Shown: positions 9,999 to 20,980 of the stretch, piece after piece
How positions within the stretch are numbered: the stretch's first letter is position 1
Layout of the letters: each line of letters begins with the position of its first letter
Source of the DNA: Planctomycetota bacterium
GTDB lineage: Bacteria > Planctomycetota > PLA2 > JAEUHO01
DNA length: 64,000 bases
Reading direction: 5' to 3'
Assembly (NCBI GenBank): GCA_965223505.1
Contig: CBDCWP010000044.1
Location: 160,001 to 224,000 of the forward strand
Notes under the pieces: generated by a model
The model's database searches: none
Seen by the model: only the letters and a program-made list of their open reading frames with translations
Told to the model about the DNA's origin: nothing
Translations under genes and position numbers: made by a program

Positions 9999-11729
9999 CT
10001 ATTTGGGCGCCCTGCCCGAGATCGCCGGCTTCGTGGTGCGCTTGAGGAAGAGCAACGCAAGGCACGTCGCCACGATCTCGCTCTCGGCCTCGAGCGACGC
10101 CGGCGCGGTCCACGCCCCGTTCTCGCGCTGGCGGGCGAGGAGCTGCGCCGCGCCCTCGAAGTACCAGTCCTTCCCGCCCACACGCCGCACCCGGTCGAGC
10201 ATCGCGGCCCGCTCGAGGCTGTAGAGCGCGTAGTAGAACCACTTGCCACCGGGCTGCCCCGCGTGACGGTCCATCGTCCACCTGGCGTCCAGCCACGCCC
10301 AGCCACCGAGCATCATGTCCTCGATCTCGCGTTCCACCTTCGGCGTCAGCTTCTTGCTCTTCCGCAGCCGCAGCTGCTCGCGCGCGATGGCCAGGCACGT
10401 GATCGCGGCCGACGTCATCGAGGCGCGTGGGATGCGGTACTGCTCCGGCGTCCCGTAGCGGAACCCGGCGACGCGCGCCACGATCGACTCGGGTTCCGCC
10501 GATCGCCCGTTCGCCAGGATGCCCTCGCCGACGTGCGTGAGGTGAACGCGACCCTTCGGTCCCTTCGGTTCGCACAGCAGCTTGCAGTGACGAATCACGC
10601 CGAGCCAATGCGACGCTTCGACGTCCAGACCGATCTGCGACGCCGCGCGCAGCGCCAGCACGGCGTACTGCGTGTTCGAACCGTCGAACTTCAGCATCAG
10701 GGAGCTGGAGGGATAGCCCCAGGAGCCCGGCGACGCGTGGCTGGTCATCAGCTGCAGCGCGGCCTTCTCGCACCACCAGAAGCGCGCGTCCGGCATCTCG
10801 CGCTTCGTCTCCTCGAGCGACTTCGGCGGATACGCGGCCTCGAACGCGAGGATGCCGAGCGCGGCGTCGTAGGTGCTTCGCGGCACCTGGCGCTCCAACC
10901 ACGCCAGCGCCTTCTCGATCGCGGGATCCGTGTTCGGTACGCCGCAAGCTGCGAGCGTGAGCACCGCCAGCGCCGTCGTGCCCAACCGATGCTTGTCGTG
11001 CGGTCGATAGGAGCCCGGCGCCAGCTGGTTCTCCGGGGCCTGCAGGGTCCGCAGGTGCGCGACGCCCTTCTCGATGGCCTCGTCGACCTCCTTCTCGAAT
11101 CCGTCGTATCCATACGCGCACGCCTTCGACAACGAGAGGTCGTACGTCGTCGCGATCTTGCGCGGCCGCTCGCCGGGCTCCGCATCGAGCTTCTTCAGCG
11201 TGTAGGCGAGCGCCACACGAGCCTCGAGGACGCGGCCCGCGTCCGCGTCGAACCGCGTTCGAACGGTCGCCTCGCCCTTGGTGACGGCATGAACCGCGTC
11301 GCGGCCGGCCTTCCCGCGGCTGGCGAACGTGTAGGCGCCTTCGAGGGTCAAGATCGCGCCGTCCCGCGACGTCGCGGCGAGCGTGCCCTTGATGCGCACA
11401 CCGGTGACCGTGTGCAGCGGCAGGTCCAGCTTCACGCGCTCGCTGTCCTTCTCCGTCGTCGGCAGGCGCAGTCCGAGCACGGCCGGCAGATCGCGGCGCA
11501 CCGGATGCAGCGGCAGGTACTGGCCGTCGTCGCGCAGGTCGTGGCCGTACACCGTCACCAGAGATGCCGGGCCGAAGGTCGCCTCGTTCTTCTCCAGCGT
11601 GACCGTGCGCAGGTCGTAGCGCAGCATGTCGGACGGGCCGAGCCTCCAGCGAACGCTCGGCTCGCCGGCGCCGGCGCCGGCCACGCAGATCAGCAAGAGC
11701 GACGAAGCAACGAGGAGGCGCGTTCGCAT
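9999..11729 (-). CDS. Exported prenyltransferase/squalene-oxidase-repeat (alpha-alpha toroid) protein
   Basis: Signal peptide; AIEKGVAHLRTLQ, GSWGY, DGSNTQYAVLAL, YYALYSLER, QRENGAW. Confidence 0.82.
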   Translation of the reverse strand: MRTRLLVASSLLLICVAGAGAGEPSVRWRLGPSDMLRYDLRTVTLEKNEATFGPASLVTVYGHDLRDDGQYLPLHPVRRDLPAVLGLRLPTTEKDSERVKLDLPLHTVTGVRIKGTLAATSRDGAILTLEGAYTFASRGKAGRDAVHAVTKGEATVRTRFDADAGRVLEARVALAYTLKKLDAEPGERPRKIATTYDLSLSKACAYGYDGFEKEVDEAIEKGVAHLRTLQAPENQLAPGSYRPHDKHRLGTTALAVLTLAACGVPNTDPAIEKALAWLERQVPRSTYDAALGILAFEAAYPPKSLEETKREMPDARFWWCEKAALQLMTSHASPGSWGYPSSSLMLKFDGSNTQYAVLALRAASQIGLDVEASHWLGVIRHCKLLCEPKGPKGRVHLTHVGEGILANGRSAEPESIVARVAGFRYGTPEQYRIPRASMTSAAITCLAIAREQLRLRKSKKLTPKVEREIEDMMLGGWAWLDARWTMDRHAGQPGGKWFYYALYSLERAAMLDRVRRVGGKDWYFEGAAQLLARQRENGAWTAPASLEAESEIVATCLALLFLKRTTKPAISGRAPK

Positions 11730-11797
11730 CGGCGGGATTGTAGGGGCGTTGGCGTCGCAGCGATGTCGCGTAGCATGGGCGCCCCGGAGGAGGGGTC

Positions 11798-12652
11798 GTG
11801 CAGCGCATCTTCGTTCTGAGCCTGGTCTTCGCCCTGGCCGCCTGCGGGGGCGGCGGTGGGACCGACACGCCCGGCGCTCCGGGGGCAGGCAACGGCACGC
11901 CCCCGGGCCTCCCAGGCGGCGGAGGGGGGAACCTGACGCCCAACCCGGGCCCGCAGGTCGCCCTGCTCGTCGTGAGCGGTCATGCATTCGGCGTCGCCCC
12001 GACCTACCTCGACACCACGGCCGGTCCGTTCCTCACGCAGGCCCTGACGAACGCCGGCTTCACGGTCGAGACGACCTACTACGAGGACGGCGGCGGCGCG
12101 GCGATCGGGTACGTGGCGTTGCTCGAGCGCTTGCGGTTCATCCGCGACAACTGGATCGAGAACCGTTCGAATCCGACGCAGATCATCCTGGTGGCGCACA
12201 GTCACGGCGGCCCCTGGAGCCACGGCGCCACACGCGACGTCCCCGACGCGCCGGTGCGTCTGCAGGTCGACCTGGACACGAGCTCGAACGGCTTCGCGCT
12301 CGTCCACACGGCCGGCGAGGTCAACCAGCTCGGCGGCACGCCCGAGGAGGCGTACAACATCCCGCTCAACGTGACCTGTCCGGTGTCGAACCACCCGTCA
12401 CAGGCGGGTTTCAGCTACGACCTCGAAGACGTCGTCTTTCCCAGCGTCGAGAAGCATCTCGAGGTGCGCTCCGGGGACATCGTCCTCAACCCGCTCAACA
12501 TCGAAGAGTACGACGAGCGCTGGAACGCGCGGCTCGACGCGACGACGACCGATCTGGCGTGCCACTTCTCGGGCACCAATCACAGCGAGGTGCACGCACC
12601 GCTGGGCACGACGATGCCGTTCGTGCGCGACTGGATCCTGCGAGAGCTGTAG
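11798..12652 (+). CDS. Lipoprotein, alpha/beta-hydrolase fold
   Basis: Lipobox LAAC; nucleophile elbow ILVAHSHGG; C-terminal NHSEVH. Confidence 0.75.
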   Translation: MQRIFVLSLVFALAACGGGGGTDTPGAPGAGNGTPPGLPGGGGGNLTPNPGPQVALLVVSGHAFGVAPTYLDTTAGPFLTQALTNAGFTVETTYYEDGGGAAIGYVALLERLRFIRDNWIENRSNPTQIILVAHSHGGPWSHGATRDVPDAPVRLQVDLDTSSNGFALVHTAGEVNQLGGTPEEAYNIPLNVTCPVSNHPSQAGFSYDLEDVVFPSVEKHLEVRSGDIVLNPLNIEEYDERWNARLDATTTDLACHFSGTNHSEVHAPLGTTMPFVRDWILREL

Positions 12653-12667
12653 GGACCGGGCCCGACG

Positions 12668-13228
12668 TCAGGGGCTCGCGCGCCAAACCGCGGAAACGGG
12701 CTTGATCGGCATCGGCTCGCCGCCGGGGCCGTCCAGATACAGCTGCCAGTACCCGACGTCGTGCCACAGGCCGAACTTGTAGCCGACCTGTGTGAACGCG
12801 CCCGCGCGCAGGAAGCCCATCGACTCGTGCAGACCCACGCTCGGCTCGTTCGGCAGCGCGATGCCCGCCAGGACCGTGTGGTAGCCCTGCGATCGGAGCG
12901 TCGGCAGCAGCCGCTCGTACAGCGCGCGGCCCACGCCGCCGCCGTGATGGGACGGATGTACGTAGACGGCGATCTCGACCGTGAACGCGTAGGCGCAGCG
13001 ACCCCGATGGCGGTGAGCGCGGGCGAAGCCCACTGTCGTTTCGCCCCGCCGGGCGACCAGCCAGGGGTGCGTTTCGGCCAACGACGCCCACTCGTCCTGC
13101 ACGTCGCGCGGCGCGCGCGGCGCCTCGTGGAAGTTCGCCGCCGTGTGCTCGATGGCCCAGTTCTCGATGGCCGTGATCGCTTCGATGTCGCCGGCGGTGA
13201 CGAGGTCGATGGTGAGCGGCTCGTTCAT
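12668..13228 (-). CDS. GNAT N-acetyltransferase (phosphinothricin acetyltransferase/YncA-like)
   Basis: VYVHPSHHGGGVGRALY, AGIALPNEPSVGLHE, VGYKFGLWHDV. Confidence 0.9.
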   Translation of the reverse strand: MNEPLTIDLVTAGDIEAITAIENWAIEHTAANFHEAPRAPRDVQDEWASLAETHPWLVARRGETTVGFARAHRHRGRCAYAFTVEIAVYVHPSHHGGGVGRALYERLLPTLRSQGYHTVLAGIALPNEPSVGLHESMGFLRAGAFTQVGYKFGLWHDVGYWQLYLDGPGGEPMPIKPVSAVWRASP

Positions 13229-13377
13229 CCGCACAAGGGTACCGGCCGGCGTGCATGTCCGTGTGAACGACCACAATCTCGCGACCGATCAACAGAGGTA
13301 GCAACGCCCTTTCGCACTGGACGCACGCCATCTCATTTCGCCGCGTCATCATCCTCGCGACCGGGCTCGGGCTTTTC

Positions 13378-14598
13378 GTGGCGCTCTTCGGCGCTCTGAG
13401 GCCCTCGCCCGTCGCCTATTGCGCCGATGCGCTCTCGCAGGACGCGTACGTCTGGCAACGACGGTGGGACGATCCGGTGCGGGACGCCGTTTCGCGACAC
13501 GGCGGCGCATTCGAGCGCCTGCTCCTGCTGGGCGCGGAGATCCGCTGGTGCGACGCCGGGCCGGAGGTCGTGGAGGTTCCCGTCGACTTCGCGTCGGTGC
13601 CCCGGTCGGCCGGCCTCGCGCTGCGTATCGGGCCCTACCGAGGCCGCTTCGCGAGCAACGACGCCGCGGCGCGGCGGATCGGCGACACGGCCGAGCGACT
13701 CGTGCGCGGCGCCCGGTCTGCGGGCATCGAGCCCCGCGAGCTCCAGCTCGACTTCGACGCCGCGACCCGACAGCTGGATGGCTATCGGCGCTGGATCGAG
13801 GCGTTGCGTGCGCGGCTCGACGTGCCGATCACCGTGACGGCGCTGCCCGCCTGGCTGGGGTACGCGGCCTTTCGCCGGCTCGTTCGCGACGTCGACGGCT
13901 TCGTGCTCCAGGTGCACTCCTTGGAGCGGCCGTCGGGGCCGTCATCGCCGGTCGTGCTGTGCGACACGGAGCGCGCGCGCACCTGGGTGCACGACGCCGC
14001 GACCTACGGCGTTCCCTTTCGCGTCGCGTTGCCGACCTACGGCTACGTCGTCGCGTTCGACGCGGACGGGCGGTTCAGCGGCCTCGCCGCGGAGGGCGCG
14101 CCGCGGAGCTGGCCGCCCGGCACGAAGCTTCGCGCCGTGCGTTCGGATCCGGCCGCGCTCGCGGCGCTCGTCGACGGCTGGATGCGCCGACATCCGGCGC
14201 TGCTGACGGGCCTCATCTGGTATCGGCTGCCTACGGCGCGCGACGAGCTCAACTGGCGCTTCGCGACGCTGGCTGCGGTCATGCGAGGCCGGACGCCGGC
14301 GCCACGGCGCCGCGTCGCGAAGCGAATGTCGGGCGAGGGACTCGTGGAGCTGGAGCTCGTCAACGAAGGCGACGCCGACGCGTCGCCCTACGTGACGATC
14401 GACGTTCGAACGCCGGGCGACGCGCTGTGCGATGCGCGGGCCGGGTTCCGATGGACGCGAAGCGGCGCCACGATCCGCTTCGAAGCCGTGCCCGAGATGG
14501 CCTTGCGCAGGCTGGCGCCCGGGGAGCGCCGGCTCGTCGGTTGGATTCGCGCGGATCACGCGGCCAAGTGGAGGGTGGATGTCGTCGATCGTGACTAG
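13378..14598 (+). CDS. DUF3142-type protein (start uncertain)
   Basis: QDAYVWQR, ELQLDFDA, ITVTALPAW, FVLQVH, FRVALPTY, IWYRLP motifs. Confidence 0.82.
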   Translation: MALFGALRPSPVAYCADALSQDAYVWQRRWDDPVRDAVSRHGGAFERLLLLGAEIRWCDAGPEVVEVPVDFASVPRSAGLALRIGPYRGRFASNDAAARRIGDTAERLVRGARSAGIEPRELQLDFDAATRQLDGYRRWIEALRARLDVPITVTALPAWLGYAAFRRLVRDVDGFVLQVHSLERPSGPSSPVVLCDTERARTWVHDAATYGVPFRVALPTYGYVVAFDADGRFSGLAAEGAPRSWPPGTKLRAVRSDPAALAALVDGWMRRHPALLTGLIWYRLPTARDELNWRFATLAAVMRGRTPAPRRRVAKRMSGEGLVELELVNEGDADASPYVTIDVRTPGDALCDARAGFRWTRSGATIRFEAVPEMALRRLAPGERRLVGWIRADHAAKWRVDVVDRD

Positions 14599-16573
14599 GT
14601 GGCTCGGACTCCTGCTGCTCGCGGCGGCCGTGACCCAGACGTCGGGCAGCGTCCGCGCGTGCGGCCCGCACTTCCCCAACAGCGTCATCGTCGAGGGCGA
14701 CGGCTTCGTGACCTCGGCGCCGGCCGCCGGGTTCCGCTCGCTTGTCGAGCGCATCGTGATTCCCACGCCCCGGTTCCGTGCGAACAGGGTGTGGCCGGTC
14801 GAGCAACAGGCGTTCACCGACCGCACCGGCCGCCGGGAGCTGCTCGCCCGGCTTCGAGCGCTGAAGGTGCCGGCCGGGGTCCGCGAGGACGTGTTGTTCT
14901 CGCACGCGGACTTCCGCACCGCGCTCCGGCAGCGCAGGACCGGCGACCACGAGGGGCCGCTACCGACACTGCACGCGCGCATGCCCGCCGAGTTCTCGCT
15001 CTATCTGCGCGGCGCTGCCGCGTACCACGCCGACGATCGGGCGGGCGCGCGCGCTCACTGGGAGCGGATCCTGGCGCTCCCTGCCTCCGAGCGCCGTTAC
15101 CGCTCGGTGTGGGCGGCGTACATGATCGGACGCAGCCTCGTCGAGGACCGTCCCGGCGAGGCCCCTGCGTGGTTCGAGCGCGCTCGCACGTTTGCGCGCT
15201 CGGGGTTCCACGACCGTACGGCGTTGGCGGCGGCGAGCTACGGCTGGGAGGCGCGCGCCGCGCTGAACCACCAGGACGTTGCGCGGGCGTTGGAGCTGTA
15301 CCTGTTCCAGTACGCCACCGGTGACGACAGCGGGCTCACGTCGATGCGCATGGCGGCCGCCCAGGCGCTCGCCGCCGACGACGAGCGGCTCGCGGCGGTC
15401 GCGCGCAATCGCATCGCGCGCGAGATCGTGAACGCGGAGGTACTGGCCTGGCACAGCGCGTTCCTGGAGTGGGGGCACGCCTCGAAGAAGAGCATGCTGC
15501 GCTGGCTGGCGGCCGTCGAAGCGCACGGTCCGGCCGACATGCGCGACGCGGATCGGCTCGCGTGGGCCGCGTACCGCGTGGGCGCGGACGACGTCGCGGC
15601 GCGCTGGCTGGCCAAGGCAGAGCCGACATCGGTGATCGCGAGCTGGATTCGCGCGAAGCTCCTCCTTCGCGACGGCCGCATCGACGAGGCGGCGACGTTG
15701 CTGTCGACCGTCGTGCGTTCCTTCGAGTCCGGTGCGGGCGCGGACGTCGAGCTCGTCTGGCCGTCCCTCGAGGAGCGGCAAGACACTGCCGACAAGGCGC
15801 GCGGTGAGCTGGCGGCGCTGCGCCTCTCGCGAGGGGAGGCCGTTCAGGCGCTCGACGTCCTGGTCCGTTGCGAGCGTCACTGGATCGATGCGGCGTACAT
15901 CGCCGAGCTCGTGCTGACGCCGGACGAGCTCGCCGCGTTCGTGGAGCGCGTTCCGACGGAGAGCCGCCACGCGGACGCGCTTCGATCGCTTTGCGCGCGG
16001 CGTTTCATGCGCCGCGATCGCTACGACGACGCGCTGGCCGTCGTCGGCGAGCAGCGCGCATGGATCCAGTCGTTCGTCGACGCCGTGCGGCTGGGCCGTG
16101 ACGCGTCCATGCCGGCGACCGAGCGCGGGCTCGCGCTCTGGGCCGCGGCACGGACGATGCGAAAGCACGGCATGGAGATTCGCGGCACCGAGCTCGCGCC
16201 GGACTTCGCCATCTGGAACGGCGCCTACGAGTGGCCGGACCTGCGTTCGATTCGGTTGGACAACGACGGTCCGCTGACCAAGCCAACACCGGACGAACGG
16301 CTGCGCCTGAAGCAGCGCACCGACACCGTGCCCAATCGGCGCTACCACTACCGGTTCGTCGCCGCGGACCTCGGATGGGAGGCGGCCGCGTTGATGCCGG
16401 ACGAAAGCGAAGCGACGGCGAGGGTTCTCTGCACGGCCGGATCCTGGATCAAGATCGCCGATCCCGACTGGGCCGACCGTTTCTTCCAGGCCCTCGTGCG
16501 CCGGTGCGGCACGACGAAGCTCGGCGCCGAGGCGGCGCGGCTCAAGTGGTTTCCGAAGATCGAGAGCGACTAG
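14579..16573 (+). CDS. Exported TPR-like helical protein, partner of the DUF3142 gene
   Basis: Overlaps the upstream stop; signal peptide then ACGP.FP; WIDAAYIAE, RYHYR, LCTAGSW. Confidence 0.78.
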   Translation: MSSIVTRWLGLLLLAAAVTQTSGSVRACGPHFPNSVIVEGDGFVTSAPAAGFRSLVERIVIPTPRFRANRVWPVEQQAFTDRTGRRELLARLRALKVPAGVREDVLFSHADFRTALRQRRTGDHEGPLPTLHARMPAEFSLYLRGAAAYHADDRAGARAHWERILALPASERRYRSVWAAYMIGRSLVEDRPGEAPAWFERARTFARSGFHDRTALAAASYGWEARAALNHQDVARALELYLFQYATGDDSGLTSMRMAAAQALAADDERLAAVARNRIAREIVNAEVLAWHSAFLEWGHASKKSMLRWLAAVEAHGPADMRDADRLAWAAYRVGADDVAARWLAKAEPTSVIASWIRAKLLLRDGRIDEAATLLSTVVRSFESGAGADVELVWPSLEERQDTADKARGELAALRLSRGEAVQALDVLVRCERHWIDAAYIAELVLTPDELAAFVERVPTESRHADALRSLCARRFMRRDRYDDALAVVGEQRAWIQSFVDAVRLGRDASMPATERGLALWAAARTMRKHGMEIRGTELAPDFAIWNGAYEWPDLRSIRLDNDGPLTKPTPDERLRLKQRTDTVPNRRYHYRFVAADLGWEAAALMPDESEATARVLCTAGSWIKIADPDWADRFFQALVRRCGTTKLGAEAARLKWFPKIESD

Positions 16574-16613
16574 ACGAGTCGCAAGCCCGGGGAGACCGAT
16601 GCGAGCTCGCGTC

Positions 16614-17048
16614 TCATGAACGCAGGTCGACGTGCGCGCCGGGCGACGGGAAGTCCGTCAGGTCGGGGGGCACGTATCCGTAGCGCGCGTCCGCGGACAT
16701 GATCCGCTCGCGAGAGTAGAACGTCAGCAGTCCGAACTTGTGCAGCAGGTAGCCGTGCCGCTCGAAGAACGCGTCGGCGCCGTCCAGCGCGCCATGGGCG
16801 CGCATCAACCCGTCCATGTATCGCAGCCAGGCCTGCGTGACCGTCTCGTGGTAGCCCATGTCGGGCCCCGTCGGAATGCCGTTGTGGGCGTTGAACGCCT
16901 GGATGCCCGCGCGCATCTTGTCGATGGCGTCCTCCAGCGGATGGGTCCGCAGATAGGTGTACGCCACCGTGAGGTGCGCCCGGTGGTTCCACTCGTCCAG
17001 CGGCAGGGTCAGGGACTCGAATCCCGCAAACAGCTCCGCCGGGTCCAT
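16614..17048 (-). CDS. Conserved hypothetical protein
   Basis: GAGGAAG RBS; motifs WNHRAHL, YHETVTQAW, YSRERI..PDL. Confidence 0.75.
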   Translation of the reverse strand: MDPAELFAGFESLTLPLDEWNHRAHLTVAYTYLRTHPLEDAIDKMRAGIQAFNAHNGIPTGPDMGYHETVTQAWLRYMDGLMRAHGALDGADAFFERHGYLLHKFGLLTFYSRERIMSADARYGYVPPDLTDFPSPGAHVDLRS

Positions 17049-17114
17049 TGCAACCGCTTCCTCTCTCGCCGAACGGTATGATCGCACGCGTTGGACGACA
17101 CTCGGAGCGACATC

Positions 17115-18203
17115 ATGCGCATCGCCGCGACCCTTTCTCTCGCAGCCGCCCTCGCCTTCCTGCCGGGAAGCGTGACGGCCGACGAGGAGCACCGCATCGA
17201 CAACATGTCGATGGGCACCTACTGGTACGGCGCCAAGATCGAAAAGGAGGACCTCGTCGGAACGGTGGTGCTGCTCGAGATCTGGGGGTCGTGAGTAGGC
17301 TGCAAGGCGATCACGCCTCACTTGGTCAGTTTGGCCAAGCGTCTCGAAGACCGGCCCTTCCACCTCATCGCGTCCCACTGTCAGAACAACCCGAAGTCGG
17401 AGGTCGTGGCGTACATCAAGAAGCAAGGCGTCGCCGCTGACGCGCCGAACTTCACGGTCACGAGCCAGGCGCGGCACCCCGACGTCCAGGGCAACGGCCA
17501 CGTGCCGTACTACATCGTGTTCGACCACCGCGGGAAGCTGGTCCATCACCACATGTGCGGCGCCTACCACGGCGGGGACGGGCTCAAGATGATCGAGTGG
17601 GTCGATCAACTGCTCGAGGACGCGCCGGACCTGTACCTCGGCGAAGAGCCCTTCGAGCACGTCCCCGACCTCGCGGAGCGCATCGCGTTCAAGAAGGGCT
17701 TCGCGAAGGCCGTCGCCGAGGTGGAAGCCGGACTCGAGGACGAGAGCGTGGATGCCGGCAAGAAACAGGAGCTGCAGCGGCTCGCGGACGCCGTTCGCGC
17801 GTACTACGTCGCCGGCGAGAAGCGCGCGGACCGCGTTGCGGCGAGCAAGCCCAATCAGCTCGTGGCGCTGCTCAAGGAACAACGCAAGGAGCTCAAGGGC
17901 ACGAAGCTCGGCGCGAAGCTCGACGAGAAGATCGCCGAGGCGTCGAAGTCCAAGCACCTCAAGGCCGCGATCGCCGTGCAGAAGAAGTTGGACAAGATCC
18001 TGCGCGGGCTCGAGAAGCGCAAGCCGTGCAAGACGTGCAAGCGCGCGGGGCACGAGGGCGTCAATCTCGACTGCCCCGCTTGCCGCAAGGACAACGCGAG
18101 CGCGATCGAGAAGGCGGTCGAGAAGCTCGAGAAGCTCGCCGAGGAAGCGGACGGCCTGCCCATCGCGCAGGCCGTTCAGGACGCGCTTGCCGGCGTGAAG
18201 TAG
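17115..18203 (+). CDS. Exported TlpA/redoxin-like selenoprotein (Sec at TGA 17292-17294, U-V-G-C)
   Basis: Track ORFs 17091-17294 and 17322-18203 share a frame; read-through gives GTVVLLEIWGS-U-VGCKAITPHL, a Trx-fold active site; signal peptide; HVPY cis-Pro loop. Confidence 0.88.
17305..17339 (+). promoter_or_regulatory. Candidate SECIS element(s)
   Basis: AGGCG-ATCA-CGCCT hairpin 10 nt after the TGA, and CTTGGTC-AGTTT-GGCCAAG at 17321-17339. Confidence 0.45.
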
Positions 18204-18244
18204 ACCTCCGCCGCGGGTAGGCTGGCGCGCCCTCGGAGCGCGGC

Positions 18245-19890
18245 GTGCAGGCACTCATCCAGCAGCTGAACGACATCCCCCTGGCGGGGTTGATGTTGGT
18301 CCGTCGCCCTCGGCTTCACGGTCGGCCGCCTCGCGTGGCGCGGCATGACGATCGGGCCCTCCGGCGGGACCCTGGCCATCGCGTTGGTGCTGGGCAACCT
18401 CGGGCTCGACTTCGAGGCCTTGTACGGCGGCGTCGAGCCGGCGCTGACGGTGGGCGCCTTCGGGTTCGCGTTGTTCATCTACTCCGTCGGCTTCGAGGCC
18501 GGGCCGCGCTTCTTCTCGAGCCTCATGGGCGGCCCCGGCTGGCGATTCGTGATGATCGGGACGACGGTCAACGTGCTCGCCGTCGTCTGCGCGATCGTCG
18601 GGGGGAAGCTCTGCGGGCTCAGCGCGTCGATCACCGCGGGCTTGCTCTCCGGCGCGTTGACGAGCGCGCCGACGTACGCCGCGGCCGTCGAGGTGGGGGA
18701 CGACCCCACGGCACTGGCGGTGAGCTTCGCGCTCGCGTTTCCCGTCGGGCTCGTCGGGCTCGTTCTGTTGATCCAGTTCGTGCCGCGGTTGATGGGCGAC
18801 GATCTCTCGGCCGAGCTCGACGAGAGCGAGGAGGACGGCGGCGGGCGTGAGAGCGCGCTCGAGTTCATGCGCGCGTTCGAGGTGCAGAAGGAAGAGGTCA
18901 TCGGCCGCACGCTTCGCGAGCTCGATCTCACGCACAAGACCGGCACGTACATCACGATGGTGCACCGCGGCAGCGAGGTCTTCGCCGCCGCCGCCGACAC
19001 GGAGCTGCGCGAACAGGACCACCTGTTGGTGCGCGGCCGCCTCGACGAGCTGCACAAGTTCGAGCAGACGGTCGGTCCGGAGGTGCTGGACCAGGAGCTG
19101 CACAACCGCATGCCGGCGCCGCGGCGGATCGTCGTGCTGGACCGCGACACCGTCGGCAAGACCCTGGCGGAGCTCGACTGGGCGCGCAAGCACCGCTGTC
19201 TCGTCGTGGGGATCTCGCGCGGCGGCGTCGAGATCGAGCCGAGCAGCGAAGCGCACGTCGATCGGGGCGACATCCTCAAGGTCGTGGGGCGGCGCGGTGA
19301 CGTGCGGGCGCTCGCCCAACGCGTCGGCCGGTACGAGCGCCCGACGAACGAGACCGACATCGCGGTGTACGCGGGCGGGATCTTCCTCGGCCTGTTGCTC
19401 GGCCGGCTCAGCTTCGAGGCCGCCGGCATCGACTTCGCGCTCGGCACGGCCGGCGGGCTCCCTGCTCGCGGGCATCCTCCTGGGCCGCTTCCGGACGATC
19501 GGAACGATGCACACGAACGTCCCACAGGCCGCACGGCAGCTCGTGCGCGACCTGGGGATCCTGCTGTTCATCGCCGAGACGGGCGTCAAGGCGGGCGGCA
19601 GCTCCCTCGAGGGGCTGCGCGGGATGCTCTGGCCGACGCTCGGCGTGGCCGGCGCGGCGACGCTGATCTCGGTCGTCGGCGCCGTATGGATCGCCCGCAA
19701 GATTCTGCGGATGCGCGCCGTGGACGCGTGGGGCAGCGTCGGCGGCGGCATGACCTCCTCGGCGGCGCTCGTCGCGGTGCGGCGCGCGGCGGAGAGCAAC
19801 GAGCCGGCGCTCAGCTACGCCGCCGCGTACGCCGTCGCGAGCGTGCTGGTCACCGTCGCCGGGCGCCTCGTCATCCTCTTCATGCAGTGA
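18245..19890 (+). CDS. AspT/YidE/YbjL antiporter with TrkA-C domains (apparent +1 frameshifts near 18301 and 19460)
   Basis: FIYSVGFEAGPRFF, GLLSGALTSAPT, two RCK-C-like domains, GGMTSSAAL, YAAAYAV; pieces lie in three overlapping ORFs. Confidence 0.85.
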
Positions 19891-19939
19891 CGCCGCCCGA
19901 TCGGTATGCTGTCGGGCCCGACCGAGTCAGCCAAGGGAG

Positions 19940-20338
19940 ATGTCGATGAGCGACGAGAGCGGCGAGAAAGAGTTCTTCGAGGAGAAGAGTGACGGCGGCG
20001 CGAGCAAGGAAACGCGCACCTGGGCGATGTGGCTGCATCTGTCGATGCTGTCGGGCTTCATCGTCCCGTTCGCGGGACTGGTCGTTCCCATCGTGCTCTG
20101 GCAGATCAAGAAGGAAGAGCTGCCGGGCATCGATCCGCACGGCAAGAACGCCGTGAACTGGCTCATCTCGTACGTGATCTACGCCGCCGTGGCATTCGCG
20201 CTGGTCTTCCTCTTCATCGGGTTCATCCTGCTTCCGATCATCGGCATCATCGGGATCGTGTTCCCGATCATCGCGGGCATCAAGGCGAACGAGGGCAAGA
20301 TCTGGACCTACCCGCTGTCGATCAAGTTCATCAGCTGA
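19940..20338 (+). CDS. DUF4870 membrane protein
   Basis: WAMWLHLS, HGKNAVNW, AGIKANEG..W.YPLSI. Confidence 0.88.
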   Translation: MSMSDESGEKEFFEEKSDGGASKETRTWAMWLHLSMLSGFIVPFAGLVVPIVLWQIKKEELPGIDPHGKNAVNWLISYVIYAAVAFALVFLFIGFILLPIIGIIGIVFPIIAGIKANEGKIWTYPLSIKFIS

Positions 20339-20341
20339 CCG

Positions 20342-20948
20342 CTACTCGCCGTCGGTCCCGTTGCTTCGAGACGGAGCGTTGCACGCCGTCTGCAGCGCCT
20401 TGAGCACGTTCGGCCACGCCTTGTCGAAGTAGGCGCGCACGTCCTGCCACTTGCCGCCCTCGCCGAACCCGAGGTGGTCGAGCTCCACGCGCGTTTGGCC
20501 GTCGTCCGCGTCGTGCAGCGTGATCACGACCCACGTGCGCTTCGCGCGCTCCGCCGCCAGGTGCGGCGGTGCGTTCCAGGAGAACGACACCATCTTCCCC
20601 GGCACGTAGCTGAGGAATTGGCAACCCTCGGAGCCGCGCTTGCCCGCGTGCTGGGGCGGGAGGAAATACCATTCCCATGGGGCCGCCGATGCGCAGCGCA
20701 ACGTTGCTCTCGATGCGCAGGAAGCCCTTGATGCCCGCCGACGTCGTCCACTTGTCGAAGACGGCGTCGCGGGTGCCGTGGACCACGATCTCGTGATGGA
20801 GTCCGGGGCCCGGCTTTCCCTCGGCGACGAACAAGGACGTGTCGATCGCCGCGGGCGCGTCCTCTTCGGCGTCGAGCAGACCGGCGGATGCGATGCAAAC
20901 GGCCAATGCCGCCACGAGCAGGACGCACTGGTTGCGCAACGAGGTCAT
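20342..20948 (-). CDS. Exported SRPBCC/AHSA1-domain protein (apparent +1 frameshift near 20674)
   Basis: Signal peptide; VFDKWTT..GI, GSEGC.FLSYVP..MVSFSWNAPP, TRVELDH.GFG, YFDKAW. Confidence 0.8.
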
Positions 20949-20980
20949 CTTCTTCTCGCTTTCTCGCCGACGGCCGGGCG

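Noticed and set aside
7891..11943. Very long track ORFs such as 7891-11943 (-), 43776-47090 (-), 40144-42330 (+) and 28971-31595 (+)
   Set aside because: Shadow frames of real genes in GC-rich DNA; Arg/Ala/Pro-rich with no motifs
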